IMG/VR virus record: IMGVR_UViG_3300027780_000065
Span: 1-24,684 of that record
Strand: one strand, 5' to 3'
Source: a virus
Lineage: Duplodnaviria; Caudoviricetes
DNA length: 24,684 nt
Below the pieces are notes generated by a model that searched no databases, had not been told where the DNA came from, and saw nothing but the letters and a program-made list of their open reading frames with translations. Both the position numbers and the translations under genes were made by a program. Positions 9,235 to 17,975 of the stretch are shown here, one piece after another (position 1 is the stretch's first letter; every line of letters begins with the position of its first letter).

Positions 9235-10791
9235 TTAAAGTACCTTACCTTGTTTGGCGTATAGTGAAATTTTCTGTAATGACATAGGTGTGCCATTTAT
9301 ATCAGTAGTAAAACCTATCTGTATAATGTCACCTGCGCCTTGTGTTGATGCTTTCTGTTCATTGATTAGAACTGAACCTGAGTATTGACCTACGCCATAC
9401 TCGGTTATGCCATACTCAAACACAGTTCCTGTTTCTAATGTAAATGTATAACTGTAATATACTGGACTATAATCATATCCAATTTTTAATGTAAAGCTCT
9501 GTCCTGTAGCGCCTACTGTAGTTGCTGACAGCTTCTTTACAATTTTAGAAACATTAGCCATACCTAAGTCAAAGAAGTTACTGTAGTAAGCCATTTCGTA
9601 CTTAGAACCATCATCCTGATAACCTCTGTACTCTGCCACACCATTAGCTTCTGCAAAGTATAATGTAGAGTCTATAGATAAGAAACCCTTAGGTGATACA
9701 GAGGGCCATATTGTAGCCCTAAAGCTGCCATCCTCTAAAGGCGCTCTGGTGTCAAAACAAAAAGTCTGTTGTGACGTAGGAAAAGTAATTAAGTAAAAAG
9801 CATTAATAGGTGAGTAGACTGACTTAATTAAATTAATGTTCTCAGCGTTAATGGCCTGTATTACATCATCACGTACATTCTTAGAGATGTCTCGCATAGG
9901 CTGAGATTTTTCTTGTATGGTACGGCTTAATGAACGTATACCAGTGGTACTTAAGAACAAGATGTCTTCACCAGTGTTCTGTACGGAGTCTCTAGCGATA
10001 CAGCCGACACCTTCAATAACTTCCACTAAGGTTAAACTTGAGGTAGTCATACCTGCTTGAAAGTTATCACCATCACCATAGATAATAATGTTGTTCTTAC
10101 AGAATATAACTAAGAAGCCGTTATGGGCGCCTAAGGCTACAATCTCGTCCATGCCTTGTGTAAGTACGGAAGATATATTAATGTTACCAGAAGTACCTCC
10201 ACTCCACTTAGTACCATTAAGAACATCAGTAAAGTAAACTGTATTTTTATTAGTGGCTGTGTCAGCAGCCCATAAGCGCCCGTAGGCTGCTAATACTGTG
10301 TGGGCGCTAGGAGGCGTACCTGTAGTTCCTGTGTGTGTTGCTATGGATTTAAAAGTATCTGCACTGCCAGAGTTAGTATACACTAGCGGTAAGTAGCCAC
10401 GTTGAAAGAAATAATGATGATCATTTAGTGTAGCTGCTTGCCAGTTACCTGCGGCTATTGTGTCTGTAGTAGAGGGAGTCAAAGTTACTAGGTTTGTAAG
10501 ACCTTTGTAAAACTTGTCAACACTGAACGATAGTAACGTGTCAACGCCTACAACATCTTTAAAGTTAGAAACTCCTATTAAATTGACATTAGCATTAGCA
10601 CCTGTTGAACCATCTTTAGCGTTACTACGAGTCTGCCAGCCCTTACGTGCTCCTAATCGTCCGTACTTATCTATGACGCAGTTGTCTGCCTGTAGTGCAA
10701 AACCTTCCTGTAGTGTTACACCTGACTCTTGGGTGTTTAAGCCATAGAATGCAGGTGCAGCAATAGAGGAGGACATTAATTGTTTAGCCAT
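9235..10791 (-). CDS. Tail nozzle / tail tubular protein B-like (head-closure, P22 gp10-like position)
   Basis: 518-aa beta-rich protein with GLNT, GRL..RKG, YGRLW and GVGCIARDSV motifs. Directly follows the adaptor gene. Confidence 0.75.
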   Translation of the reverse strand: MAKQLMSSSIAAPAFYGLNTQESGVTLQEGFALQADNCVIDKYGRLGARKGWQTRSNAKDGSTGANANVNLIGVSNFKDVVGVDTLLSFSVDKFYKGLTNLVTLTPSTTDTIAAGNWQAATLNDHHYFFQRGYLPLVYTNSGSADTFKSIATHTGTTGTPPSAHTVLAAYGRLWAADTATNKNTVYFTDVLNGTKWSGGTSGNINISSVLTQGMDEIVALGAHNGFLVIFCKNNIIIYGDGDNFQAGMTTSSLTLVEVIEGVGCIARDSVQNTGEDILFLSTTGIRSLSRTIQEKSQPMRDISKNVRDDVIQAINAENINLIKSVYSPINAFYLITFPTSQQTFCFDTRAPLEDGSFRATIWPSVSPKGFLSIDSTLYFAEANGVAEYRGYQDDGSKYEMAYYSNFFDLGMANVSKIVKKLSATTVGATGQSFTLKIGYDYSPVYYSYTFTLETGTVFEYGITEYGVGQYSGSVLINEQKASTQGAGDIIQIGFTTDINGTPMSLQKISLYAKQGKVL

Positions 10792-10793
10792 GG

Positions 10794-11444
10794 TTAATAG
10801 ACCTCCCAGATTAGTTCCTCTGGGTGCTTGTTAGCGTCTAAAGCAATAGCGTCAGATAGGAAGTTTTGAGCAAGAGCCTTAGCCGATACTGCTGACATAC
10901 CTCCGTCTTCACCACGCTCCTCAAGGGCCATAGCATAGGCTAAAGTTTGCACAGGTAAGTGAGGTACACGTACTGTATCTGCATCAGCCACAAGCTCCTG
11001 TGAGCGCATGATTACGTTAAAGTAGATAGTGTACACACCATTAGGGATAGGGTACAAGTCTACCTGTGTGTCACCTGCTACACTCACGCCATTAAATACG
11101 TAGTATTCTGGGTTACCTTCAACTGGTGTGTTATTAAGAAATACATTGTTAAACCAGTGTGGGTCTTTATACTTTAAGAAGGTATTAGATGTTAAGTTAA
11201 CTACGTCTAGTATAGCTACGTTGTTACCTGAGTTAGTAAGCACATAGTTAAATACACCATCTTGGGTAACTGCTGTTAATGTCTGCCTAAGAACAGACCA
11301 GTTCCATGCTGACTCAACAAACTCTTTAGCATCATTAATAAATAAACTAATTAACTTTGAGTAACTATTCTCATTAACACTGTCAACCTCACGTTCCCGT
11401 AGCCTCACAAGTACGTTGTTTACCATCTCTTTATGTGTCTTCAT
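10794..11444 (-). CDS. Head-tail adaptor / tail tubular protein A-like
   Basis: 216 aa: MKT..EMVNNVLVRLRE...FINDAK..VE.AWNWS.L...G.PEYY...LYPIP.GVY pattern of podovirus adaptors. Confidence 0.75.
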   Translation of the reverse strand: MKTHKEMVNNVLVRLREREVDSVNENSYSKLISLFINDAKEFVESAWNWSVLRQTLTAVTQDGVFNYVLTNSGNNVAILDVVNLTSNTFLKYKDPHWFNNVFLNNTPVEGNPEYYVFNGVSVAGDTQVDLYPIPNGVYTIYFNVIMRSQELVADADTVRVPHLPVQTLAYAMALEERGEDGGMSAVSAKALAQNFLSDAIALDANKHPEELIWEVY

Positions 11445-11845
11445 GTGGCTTTACCATTTAATTTTTCTACTGTTCTAAGACCTGCAAGGCCAAGCATTGC
11501 TAACGTAAGTTCAAGCATAGCGTCTAAGGGTAACTCAGGGCTACCTAGTTCTGGTGCTACCCATTGTAGGATAGGGTTAATAACAAATGCAAACAAGAAG
11601 CCTAAGCCACATACCCACATGAGAAAGGGTCTAGCTCCTGCAACAAAGGTAGACCTGTGATTAGCCTGTACCTTCATAATCTCTGCTTGCATCATAGAGG
11701 GCTGCATAGCTAACTTCTGCTTAAGTAGTTCGCCTTGTGCTCTCTCTTCATCTGATGTAAACACATTGTCTATAATGTTACCAATGGCTTCTATAGGCTG
11801 TGCAACAGCACTACCACCACCAAATAAACTACTTAATATTCCCAT
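11441..11845 (-). CDS. Holin, GTA/3TM holin family-like
   Basis: S.FVAGARPFLMWVCG motif, hydrophobic segments, and C-terminal MLGLAGLRTVEK. Confidence 0.8.
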   Translation of the reverse strand: MGILSSLFGGGSAVAQPIEAIGNIIDNVFTSDEERAQGELLKQKLAMQPSMMQAEIMKVQANHRSTFVAGARPFLMWVCGLGFLFAFVINPILQWVAPELGSPELPLDAMLELTLAMLGLAGLRTVEKLNGKAT

Positions 11846-11863
11846 GCTGTATTACCTCTGGCA

Positions 11864-12031
11864 TTACATATCTCCATTAAAGTATAACCAAGCAGCAAAT
11901 GCACCTGCACCTATAATCCACATTAGCTTCTTAGTCACTGATTTACCTACGGCAAGATAGAAGCGGTCATATGCCCTGTCTGCTGCTAACTCTGCTATTT
12001 CTTCTTTCTGCTTCTGAGTTAAGTTTTCCAT
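11864..12031 (-). CDS. Small membrane protein (55 aa)
   Basis: MENLTQKQKEEIAELAADRAYDRFYLAVGKSVTKKLMWIIGAGAFAAWLYFNGDM*. Fills the gap between neighbours, has a C-terminal TM segment and AAGGA upstream. Not in the ORF track. Confidence 0.75.
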   Translation of the reverse strand: MENLTQKQKEEIAELAADRAYDRFYLAVGKSVTKKLMWIIGAGAFAAWLYFNGDM

Positions 12032-12033
12032 GC

Positions 12034-12474
12034 CTAGTAATATCCTTTAATATAGATAGCTGCACCTAACAAACTAGCTATGATAACAATAAACCCTAAG
12101 CCTACTTTTATAGCTATAGATAAATTATCTTGTAATGCTTTAGCTCTTGCTGCTCTTTGGCGTATTGCCGCTTGTTTAGTTTCTTTCAAGTCTCTAGTGT
12201 ACTGGGCTTTAAACTTAAGAAAGTCTTGATACCCATGTAGACGTTGCTTGTTTAACATGAACTTAAGTTCTTCTTCCTGTCTAGCTAGTTGCTCCTTGGC
12301 TTGAAAGGCTTCTAATATATTTCCTGAGCCATTAGCCACTTGCTTCTGTATTGTCTTCTCAGCACCAAAATATTTACCTAGGGCTGCTCCAGCATCTGCG
12401 ATCTCTCTCCCGTTAGTCAAGGTAGACTTGATCACCTTAAATGCTGCATTAGCAATCGCTAATTCTGCTAACAT
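12034..12474 (-). CDS. Coiled-coil protein with C-terminal transmembrane helix
   Basis: Helical charged body followed by IAIKVGLGFIVIIASLLGAAIYI. Start probably MLAEL at 12474 from GAGG spacing. Confidence 0.7.
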   Translation of the reverse strand: MLAELAIANAAFKVIKSTLTNGREIADAGAALGKYFGAEKTIQKQVANGSGNILEAFQAKEQLARQEEELKFMLNKQRLHGYQDFLKFKAQYTRDLKETKQAAIRQRAARAKALQDNLSIAIKVGLGFIVIIASLLGAAIYIKGYY

Positions 12475-12650
12475 ATCCATAACCTCTTTGAATACTGATG
12501 CTCTGTAAGCTCGTAGGGAGCCATAGGAGGCCTTATAAACCTATAGTCATACTCACGTATTACTTGAGGCTCTACGACCAGCACAGAGCCTTGTGGAGCC
12601 TGTGAGGGGCTAAAGTACGTGGGATAGACTTCCGATACAGTAGACCACAT
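12468..12650 (-). CDS. Hypothetical protein (60 aa)
   Basis: Tiles the operon with short overlaps at both ends. Confidence 0.5.
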   Translation of the reverse strand: MWSTVSEVYPTYFSPSQAPQGSVLVVEPQVIREYDYRFIRPPMAPYELTEHQYSKRLWIC

Positions 12651-12877
12651 CAGATAGACCTCATATCTTTAACACAGAAAGCTGTAATAGTCTTTGTAGC
12701 TTCTATCTTAACTACCGAATAACCTACCATAGGGCTAACCACAGGCTCGTAGCCTCCTATTGTACCTACACGTAATAACTCTTTTCTACAACCATCAAAT
12801 GTTCTGTGGCTAGACATTATCGTAGGTACTTGAGGTTCACCACTAGCTAACATTGTGGCTAACACGATAGCCCACAT
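12650..12877 (-). CDS. Hypothetical protein with hydrophobic N-terminus and two Cys (75 aa)
   Basis: MWAIVLATMLASG..., with Cys in FDGC and AFCV. TAATG-coupled. Confidence 0.65.
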   Translation of the reverse strand: MWAIVLATMLASGEPQVPTIMSSHRTFDGCRKELLRVGTIGGYEPVVSPMVGYSVVKIEATKTITAFCVKDMRSI

Positions 12878-13014
12878 TACTTCTTAGCTTTCTTATGACT
12901 TAAAGGCTTACTAGACGCAGTATGCTTTGCACCTGTCATAACTTTACCATTAGTCTTGTGTGTCTTGCCTGTGTATGCTTTACCATTTGGTAAGTAATGT
13001 GTAACACCTTTCAT
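12877..13014 (-). CDS. Small Lys/His-rich protein (45 aa)
   Basis: MKGVTHYLPNGKAYTGKTHKTNGKVMTGAKHTASSKPLSHKKAKK*. GAGGG RBS, ATGA and TAATG overlaps. Not in the ORF track. Confidence 0.75.
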   Translation of the reverse strand: MKGVTHYLPNGKAYTGKTHKTNGKVMTGAKHTASSKPLSHKKAKK

Positions 13015-13160
13015 TTCTTTACCCTCTTCTTAGCTGTCTTAGCTGCTTGTGTAAAGTCACTAGCCTTAGGTCTGCCTTTGGCTCCTTTTGGCTTCATAGT
13101 TTCACCAGAGCCAGATTTGATTCTTTTCTTCTTTGCATTAATGTTTTTGTATAGGCTCAT
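13011..13160 (-). CDS. Small highly basic protein (49 aa)
   Basis: MSLYKNINAKKKRIKSGSGETMKPKGAKGRPKASDFTQAAKTAKKRVKK. Start reassigned from 13247 to 13160 (GAGG RBS, ATGA overlap). Confidence 0.75.
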   Translation of the reverse strand: MSLYKNINAKKKRIKSGSGETMKPKGAKGRPKASDFTQAAKTAKKRVKK

Positions 13161-13480
13161 ACGATGGCCTCTCTTGCTGCTGCTCTGGCTGTAGTCACAT
13201 CGGCTGGCACTGCTACTGCGGTTTCTGCATGGCGAGTGATGTACCAATCTGTAGAATTTAGATACTCAAGTGACTCAGAGTTAACCAAAGACTGAGCATT
13301 AGCTGCAATCTCTGCATCAGTGTATTGCGGTGCTGGTGTGTTACCTTCTGCTATCCACTGTAGTACATCAGCGCAGTGACGATTAGGTCGTGAGTTAGGT
13401 ACTGACATATTGCCATTGACTAACCAGCCAGACTCTTGTGTTTTGCAGGAGGTTATCCATGCTGTGTTGTTTTCAATCAT
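13157..13480 (-). CDS. Tail fibre assembly chaperone-like protein
   Basis: VP....NRH...LQWIAEGNTP.P plus L..TDWY..R..E....P......R..AR motifs, typical of proteins following fibre genes. Confidence 0.6.
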   Translation of the reverse strand: MIENNTAWITSCKTQESGWLVNGNMSVPNSRPNRHCADVLQWIAEGNTPAPQYTDAEIAANAQSLVNSESLEYLNSTDWYITRHAETAVAVPADVTTARAAAREAIV

Positions 13481-13482
13481 AG

Positions 13483-14484
13483 TTATAGCTCCGCATCAAA
13501 CACTAAGTTTACAGGGATATTTGTTCCTGTTCCTTCTATAAAATAGGGTCTTTGTGCGGTTAAACCCCCTGCCGTTGTAGCAGTTAAACCAGTTGCTTTA
13601 GTGCTAGACACAACTCCTTGAACTGCTAACCCAGTTAACCCTGTTCCAACACTTGCGTTTGATACAGACATGTTGCTTATTGACGCTACTGTCAGGGTAG
13701 TTAAAGACCGCATAATCACAGGATGCGCTACCATTGCATATACTGTAGTGCTGCTATTAGACAGCCCCGTAGCAATTCTGTGCGCTGATGATGGTGAATT
13801 ACCTAATACAAAGCAATAGCGGTGGCAATCCGCTAGAATTTCCCCGTAGCTCCGATGCTCAAAGTCAGTGGCTACTGAGCCTAGTTCTAGTTGTACGTCT
13901 GCAATCTCAATATAATCACCAGCACTATTACAGTCTGCTTTGAACAATACAAATAAATCTCTTGTCAAATCTGTGCTACTATCTGTTAATACCCTAGTGT
14001 CTGTAATTTTCTGCCACGAGGTTGTTAAGGAAACAGTAGGAAGGGTAGTTTGAACATTGTTTGTTTCTGCCCCGCTATTATAGAACCTGTATTCACTATA
14101 TAAAGTAACAGCAACATTGGCTCTAGCCCAATAGCTTTGTGTAACCGTTTTGCCTGATACAAAAGAACTAGCACTTTCTATTTTTTGGTATATATAATTT
14201 GTACTACCTGCTGAACCTGCAACACGGGCTACATATTTTGTTGAACCATTAAAAGTACCTGTCTGCCTTGAGATTGTATTACCGCTATAATAAGTAGCCC
14301 ATCTGTCGGCTGACAAATAACCGCCATACCCATCACCAGATTTCGTTGCTGTAGTACCCCTCTGCCATACATCAAACCCACCATTAATAATAAGGTTCTT
14401 ACGACCAGCCCTAGCTGCGGTGTCTCCTGCTGTGATGTCTGCTGCTAGACCTGTGTAGTCCGAGTTTTCTCTTGCCTTGGTCAT
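13483..14484 (-). CDS. Tail fibre / receptor-binding protein with carbohydrate-binding-like domain
   Basis: KNLIINGGFDVWQRGT...ADRW...LTTSWQK...VQLELGSVATDFEHRSYG...C.RY pattern; Thr/Ser-rich beta C-terminus. Confidence 0.7.
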   Translation of the reverse strand: MTKARENSDYTGLAADITAGDTAARAGRKNLIINGGFDVWQRGTTATKSGDGYGGYLSADRWATYYSGNTISRQTGTFNGSTKYVARVAGSAGSTNYIYQKIESASSFVSGKTVTQSYWARANVAVTLYSEYRFYNSGAETNNVQTTLPTVSLTTSWQKITDTRVLTDSSTDLTRDLFVLFKADCNSAGDYIEIADVQLELGSVATDFEHRSYGEILADCHRYCFVLGNSPSSAHRIATGLSNSSTTVYAMVAHPVIMRSLTTLTVASISNMSVSNASVGTGLTGLAVQGVVSSTKATGLTATTAGGLTAQRPYFIEGTGTNIPVNLVFDAEL

Positions 14485-14495
14485 ACGTTATTCTC

Positions 14496-14825
14496 CTAGG
14501 GTTTCGGGTGTGCATCTTTAGCTGCTTGAATTGATGCTGTCATATCATCAGGGAAAACCCCTGCATGAAAGAGAGCATCCAACTGATCGCCAATGGACGG
14601 ATAACTTCTATCATGTTTATATTGTACTGCTGCAGCCACAGTTTCTTTTTCTGTATCTACAACTACGTTTTCACCTTCCATTTTATAATTGCCATATCTA
14701 CAAAATGGTAGGTCACTGATTATAAAGAATCCACCTGTTTTATTTTTTTCTATAAAGCTATCTTGATCGGCAACTAAAACTTCAGCAATAACTTTTACTA
14801 TTCCATTTACATTTCTAACAATCAT
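14496..14825 (-). CDS. Tail fibre chaperone-like protein
   Basis: C-terminal YK..R.YPSIGDQLDALFH...IQAAKDAHPKP motif. Follows a fibre gene. Confidence 0.6.
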   Translation of the reverse strand: MIVRNVNGIVKVIAEVLVADQDSFIEKNKTGGFFIISDLPFCRYGNYKMEGENVVVDTEKETVAAAVQYKHDRSYPSIGDQLDALFHAGVFPDDMTASIQAAKDAHPKP

Positions 14826-14827
14826 TA

Positions 14828-15985
14828 TTATGTCTCCGTTTCAGCATATAAAGCAGTGACATCAGCTTGGATTAATGCTCTATTAAATGTTCTGATCTGG
14901 TCAAAGTAACCAGCGTTACCTGCAGTAGTTCCATCACACCTATTGCCAATTCTAATACCTTGATCCCAAGTTCTATGAGTATCTGTAGAATTCGCTGACA
15001 TTACTATATGGTACCAATTCCCAGCAGTAAAGTTATATTGCCCAGTATTAAACACAGTTCCATTAATCCACATGTTACCTGTGCTACCACTGGTAGTGGT
15101 ATCATTGGTCCAGTTTATATTCTGGCTGCCTCCACCAGATTGAGTATAAAGATAGCTTCTGCCACTGTTTGGCGCATCATGCCTAAAATCCACGATATAT
15201 CCGTTATCAGAACCAACACAGTAGTACCATAGGCTAACTGCGTATATCTGTGGAATCCCAGCAATATCAATATATGTGCTATCACCCATAGTGTTAATGG
15301 CGTGTGATCCAAATTTATTTGTTGTTGTGAAAGAAGCCCCAGTTGAGGTAGCAGTGTAAATACCACCAGTATCATTGAGGGTATTATTTAATCTATGCAG
15401 AGAGGTTGCTGAGTTGTCTTGTAAAAAATCATATGTGGACGTGAATACCTGTGCACTGCCAGAGGAGCGCCAAGTAGAACCGTTAAACGATTTCAACACC
15501 TTGTCTGTTGTATTGTGGTAGATGCCACCATTCACATTTGCTCCGCCAGTGTTTGCAGCAGTATCAGTGGCATATAGTGGTGGGGTAAACATCTTTGATG
15601 CTGACACTGTACCATTAAGTATTAAGTTGCCAGTCATCGTGCCGCCAGCTAAGGGTAGCTTAGTAGCAACCTCAGTAGTGGTAGCCTTAGCAGCCAACAG
15701 CGTATCAGCCTCTGTCTTATTATAATGATCTGCTACAGTAAACGTCTTCAAGGAGATCACAGTCACTTCATCATTCAATAGCAGTGCTACAGTGAACGTG
15801 ATGCTGTTGCCGTTGGTCGCTGTGAAGTCGGTTGTGTCTGTTAGTAGTACGCCATTGACGTAGACTTCAATGAAGCTAGGTGTGTAGCTTAGACCTGTCT
15901 TTACTGTCTGTCCTGCGGTTGCTAAGAATGAGACTTTCTCTTGAGCCTTGAGACTTAATTTTGCTGATCTGCCTAGATAGCTCAT
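14828..15985 (-). CDS. Tail fibre protein with C-terminal LamG/concanavalin A-like lectin domain
   Basis: N-terminal F.ATAGQT...VYVNGVLL...DFTATNG..ITF domain, KLPLAGGTMTGNL linker, then SLWY...WYHIV...GYFDQIRTFNRAL...VTALY. Confidence 0.75.
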   Translation of the reverse strand: MSYLGRSAKLSLKAQEKVSFLATAGQTVKTGLSYTPSFIEVYVNGVLLTDTTDFTATNGNSITFTVALLLNDEVTVISLKTFTVADHYNKTEADTLLAAKATTTEVATKLPLAGGTMTGNLILNGTVSASKMFTPPLYATDTAANTGGANVNGGIYHNTTDKVLKSFNGSTWRSSGSAQVFTSTYDFLQDNSATSLHRLNNTLNDTGGIYTATSTGASFTTTNKFGSHAINTMGDSTYIDIAGIPQIYAVSLWYYCVGSDNGYIVDFRHDAPNSGRSYLYTQSGGGSQNINWTNDTTTSGSTGNMWINGTVFNTGQYNFTAGNWYHIVMSANSTDTHRTWDQGIRIGNRCDGTTAGNAGYFDQIRTFNRALIQADVTALYAETET

Positions 15986-15988
15986 GTC

Positions 15989-16219
15989 TTACTCCGTGGC
16001 TGGTAACAATGCTTTCAAAGCTGCTGCATCACTAGCTGCATCCATAGACACTTGCAATGCTGCATCGTTGGTACGGATGGTTGCCCTTGATGCCTCGGCT
16101 GCTTCACTCTCCGCAGGGATAGTTGCTTTGATGTCTAAGGGTGCAAAGGCTGCGTTTCGTGCGGCTCTACGAGCGTCATGGGCAATGACTTTGGCTTTGG
16201 TCATGTCAACTGTAATCAT
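15989..16219 (-). CDS. Tail fibre chaperone-like helical protein (76 aa)
   Basis: ITVDMTKAK.IAHD.RR.AR...FAPLD pattern. AGGAG RBS and ATGA overlap. Confidence 0.55.
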   Translation of the reverse strand: MITVDMTKAKVIAHDARRAARNAAFAPLDIKATIPAESEAAEASRATIRTNDAALQVSMDAASDAAALKALLPATE

Positions 16220-16506
16220 TTCGGGTACTCCTGTTTAATAGCAGCGATAGCATCTTGCCATGTGGTTGTTGAGTTGATGAGGTCGTCATAGCGCATCTCA
16301 TCTTGGTTGAGTAAGTTGTACTTAGCTTTGCGTGAACGTGCGTATGCTTGGGCATCGTAGGCTGCTTGTAGCCTTGTTAACTCCGTAGTTATTTCTGCAT
16401 CAGTAGGCTGAGTTTGATCTGTGTCGTGCCATTCAATCTCCCCATCTCTGATAACTAATTGTGCGTTAGGTCGTAGGCTCATTATTGCTGTCATTGTATC
16501 AATCAT
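16216..16506 (-). CDS. Tail fibre chaperone-like protein (96 aa)
   Basis: AI.SLRPNA......I.W....TQPT.AEI..E..RLQA.YD...YAR.R...W.DAI.AIK..YPK. C-terminus resembles that of 14496-14825. Confidence 0.6.
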   Translation of the reverse strand: MIDTMTAIMSLRPNAQLVIRDGEIEWHDTDQTQPTDAEITTELTRLQAAYDAQAYARSRKAKYNLLNQDEMRYDDLINSTTTWQDAIAAIKQEYPK

Positions 16507-16958
16507 GGTTCTATCTCCATTACTACCATGTTATCCGTTCCACCATTGAGGTTTGTTTTCGCCTCGCCATATTCTGCCTCCAAAGTAAGTTTGTATGTTA
16601 CTGCACCTGCTGCGCCAGTATCTACAGCCCTTGGAGTCATATTTACAGAACCAGCATTGTCGGAGGCAGCAACATTACTTCTAGTAAAATACCTATCAAT
16701 CTGCAGTTGAGTAGTATCTCTATATAGTCTACATTTCCAACCGTGGTCATCACCATCCTCATTAACCTGCACATTTAATGATGCTGTTATAATAACTTTA
16801 GACGTTGCAGAAATCTTTGTGTAACTGAAACTATGTACTGTGGTAGGTGTAGCACTTGTAGTAGTGATAGTAGTATTAAAAGTTGAGATATGAGAACCTA
16901 GTAACTTGACACTCTCATCCGTATCAAAGTTATCATCACCTCGTATTACTGTAGCCAT
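16503..16958 (-). CDS. Small beta-rich fibre tip/adhesin-like protein (151 aa)
   Basis: Thr/Ser-rich beta strands, SKVIITAS...D.G..G.VTYKL...MVVMEI ending. Paired with a chaperone-like gene. Confidence 0.55.
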   Translation of the reverse strand: MATVIRGDDNFDTDESVKLLGSHISTFNTTITTTSATPTTVHSFSYTKISATSKVIITASLNVQVNEDGDDHGWKCRLYRDTTQLQIDRYFTRSNVAASDNAGSVNMTPRAVDTGAAGAVTYKLTLEAEYGEAKTNLNGGTDNMVVMEIEP

Positions 16959-17170
16959 TATGCACCCACTCCATCGGTCAACGTAGCCTCATCAACTGAC
17001 CACGCATTGCGAAATGTGCGGTCTGAGGGTACAACTGAGTCGTCCACAATTTTAAACTTCAATCCCGTTGGTACGTCTTTTAAAGCAGTCTGTGCGTCAG
17101 TTAAGGAACAGTTCGCTGCTGGTGTTATTACGGCTACACTGCCGTCTGTTTGTTGGTATATGATTTTCAT
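16958..17170 (-). CDS. Fibre-associated small protein (70 aa)
   Basis: IIY....G.VAVITPA...KDVP.G..FKIVD...VPSDRTFRNAW motif. AAGGA RBS. Confidence 0.6.
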   Translation of the reverse strand: MKIIYQQTDGSVAVITPAANCSLTDAQTALKDVPTGLKFKIVDDSVVPSDRTFRNAWSVDEATLTDGVGA

Positions 17171-17185
17171 TCGTTTGTTCCTTTG

Positions 17186-17572
17186 TTATGAGCCAAAAAC
17201 TATAAATGATAGGTAATTACTATCTACAATACCGCTTTCAGTGTTTGTGTTGCGAACTCCAAAACTTGTGGTTGACCTAGCACCTTGGTTAGAGTCATAC
17301 ATAAGATGAGCAGATGTTGTGTTTTGACCATCACCTCCACCTACGATGGAATAGTTGTTGTTATTTAGGGCTGTCGCTATGTTGGCCCGATAGTAGCCAG
17401 TTCCCTGATCCGAAATGCTACTTATATTATAGCTATCATGGATACTCACAGTTCCACTACCATTAAACGCACACCAGACCTTAGCCATGCGCTTATCTAA
17501 CGCTGGAATAGCTGGAGGATTAGTTGTGGTTCCGTCTGAGTGCAGGAGGGTGTTTGCTTTGATTGTTGACAT
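17186..17572 (-). CDS. Small fibre tip-like protein, paralog B (128 aa)
   Basis: AKVWCAFNG.G......SYNISSISD.GTG.Y..N....L.N.NYSI. Similar to 17574-17975. Confidence 0.6.
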   Translation of the reverse strand: MSTIKANTLLHSDGTTTNPPAIPALDKRMAKVWCAFNGSGTVSIHDSYNISSISDQGTGYYRANIATALNNNNYSIVGGGDGQNTTSAHLMYDSNQGARSTTSFGVRNTNTESGIVDSNYLSFIVFGS

Positions 17573-17573
17573 G

Positions 17574-17975
17574 TTATTGGCCTCCCATGACTATTGCATT
17601 TACATTTTCGTGGTCAATATTTGCTATTGGGCTTGCCCCACTACTACCTCTAATGTTAAAAGAAGTGGTAGTCATTCCTGTGATTTCCCCGCTACCTCCC
17701 CACAATAAAGAATCTAATTGGCACTGACCCGAAGTAGTGTTTGCACCTGTACCTGTTACAGAAATAGCGTAATTAGTATTGGCAAGGGTAATAGATAAAT
17801 TGACTCTGTACTGACCCACTGCATTATCTGTAAGGCTACTCACGTTTTCGCTGCCTCGTATAGAAACTGCACTGCCATCAAAGTTTACCCAAGCTGTCGG
17901 TATTAGCTGCTGACTCTTTACAGTAGGTATGCCACCCGTGACGTTTGTTAAATCGTTTGCTTTGACTGTACTCAT
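17574..17975 (-). CDS. Small fibre tip-like protein, paralog A (133 aa)
   Basis: AWVNFDG......SENVSSLTDN..G.Y.VN....LANTNYAI. Start reassigned to MSTVKAN at 17975 (ATGA overlap). Confidence 0.6.
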   Translation of the reverse strand: MSTVKANDLTNVTGGIPTVKSQQLIPTAWVNFDGSAVSIRGSENVSSLTDNAVGQYRVNLSITLANTNYAISVTGTGANTTSGQCQLDSLLWGGSGEITGMTTTSFNIRGSSGASPIANIDHENVNAIVMGGQ

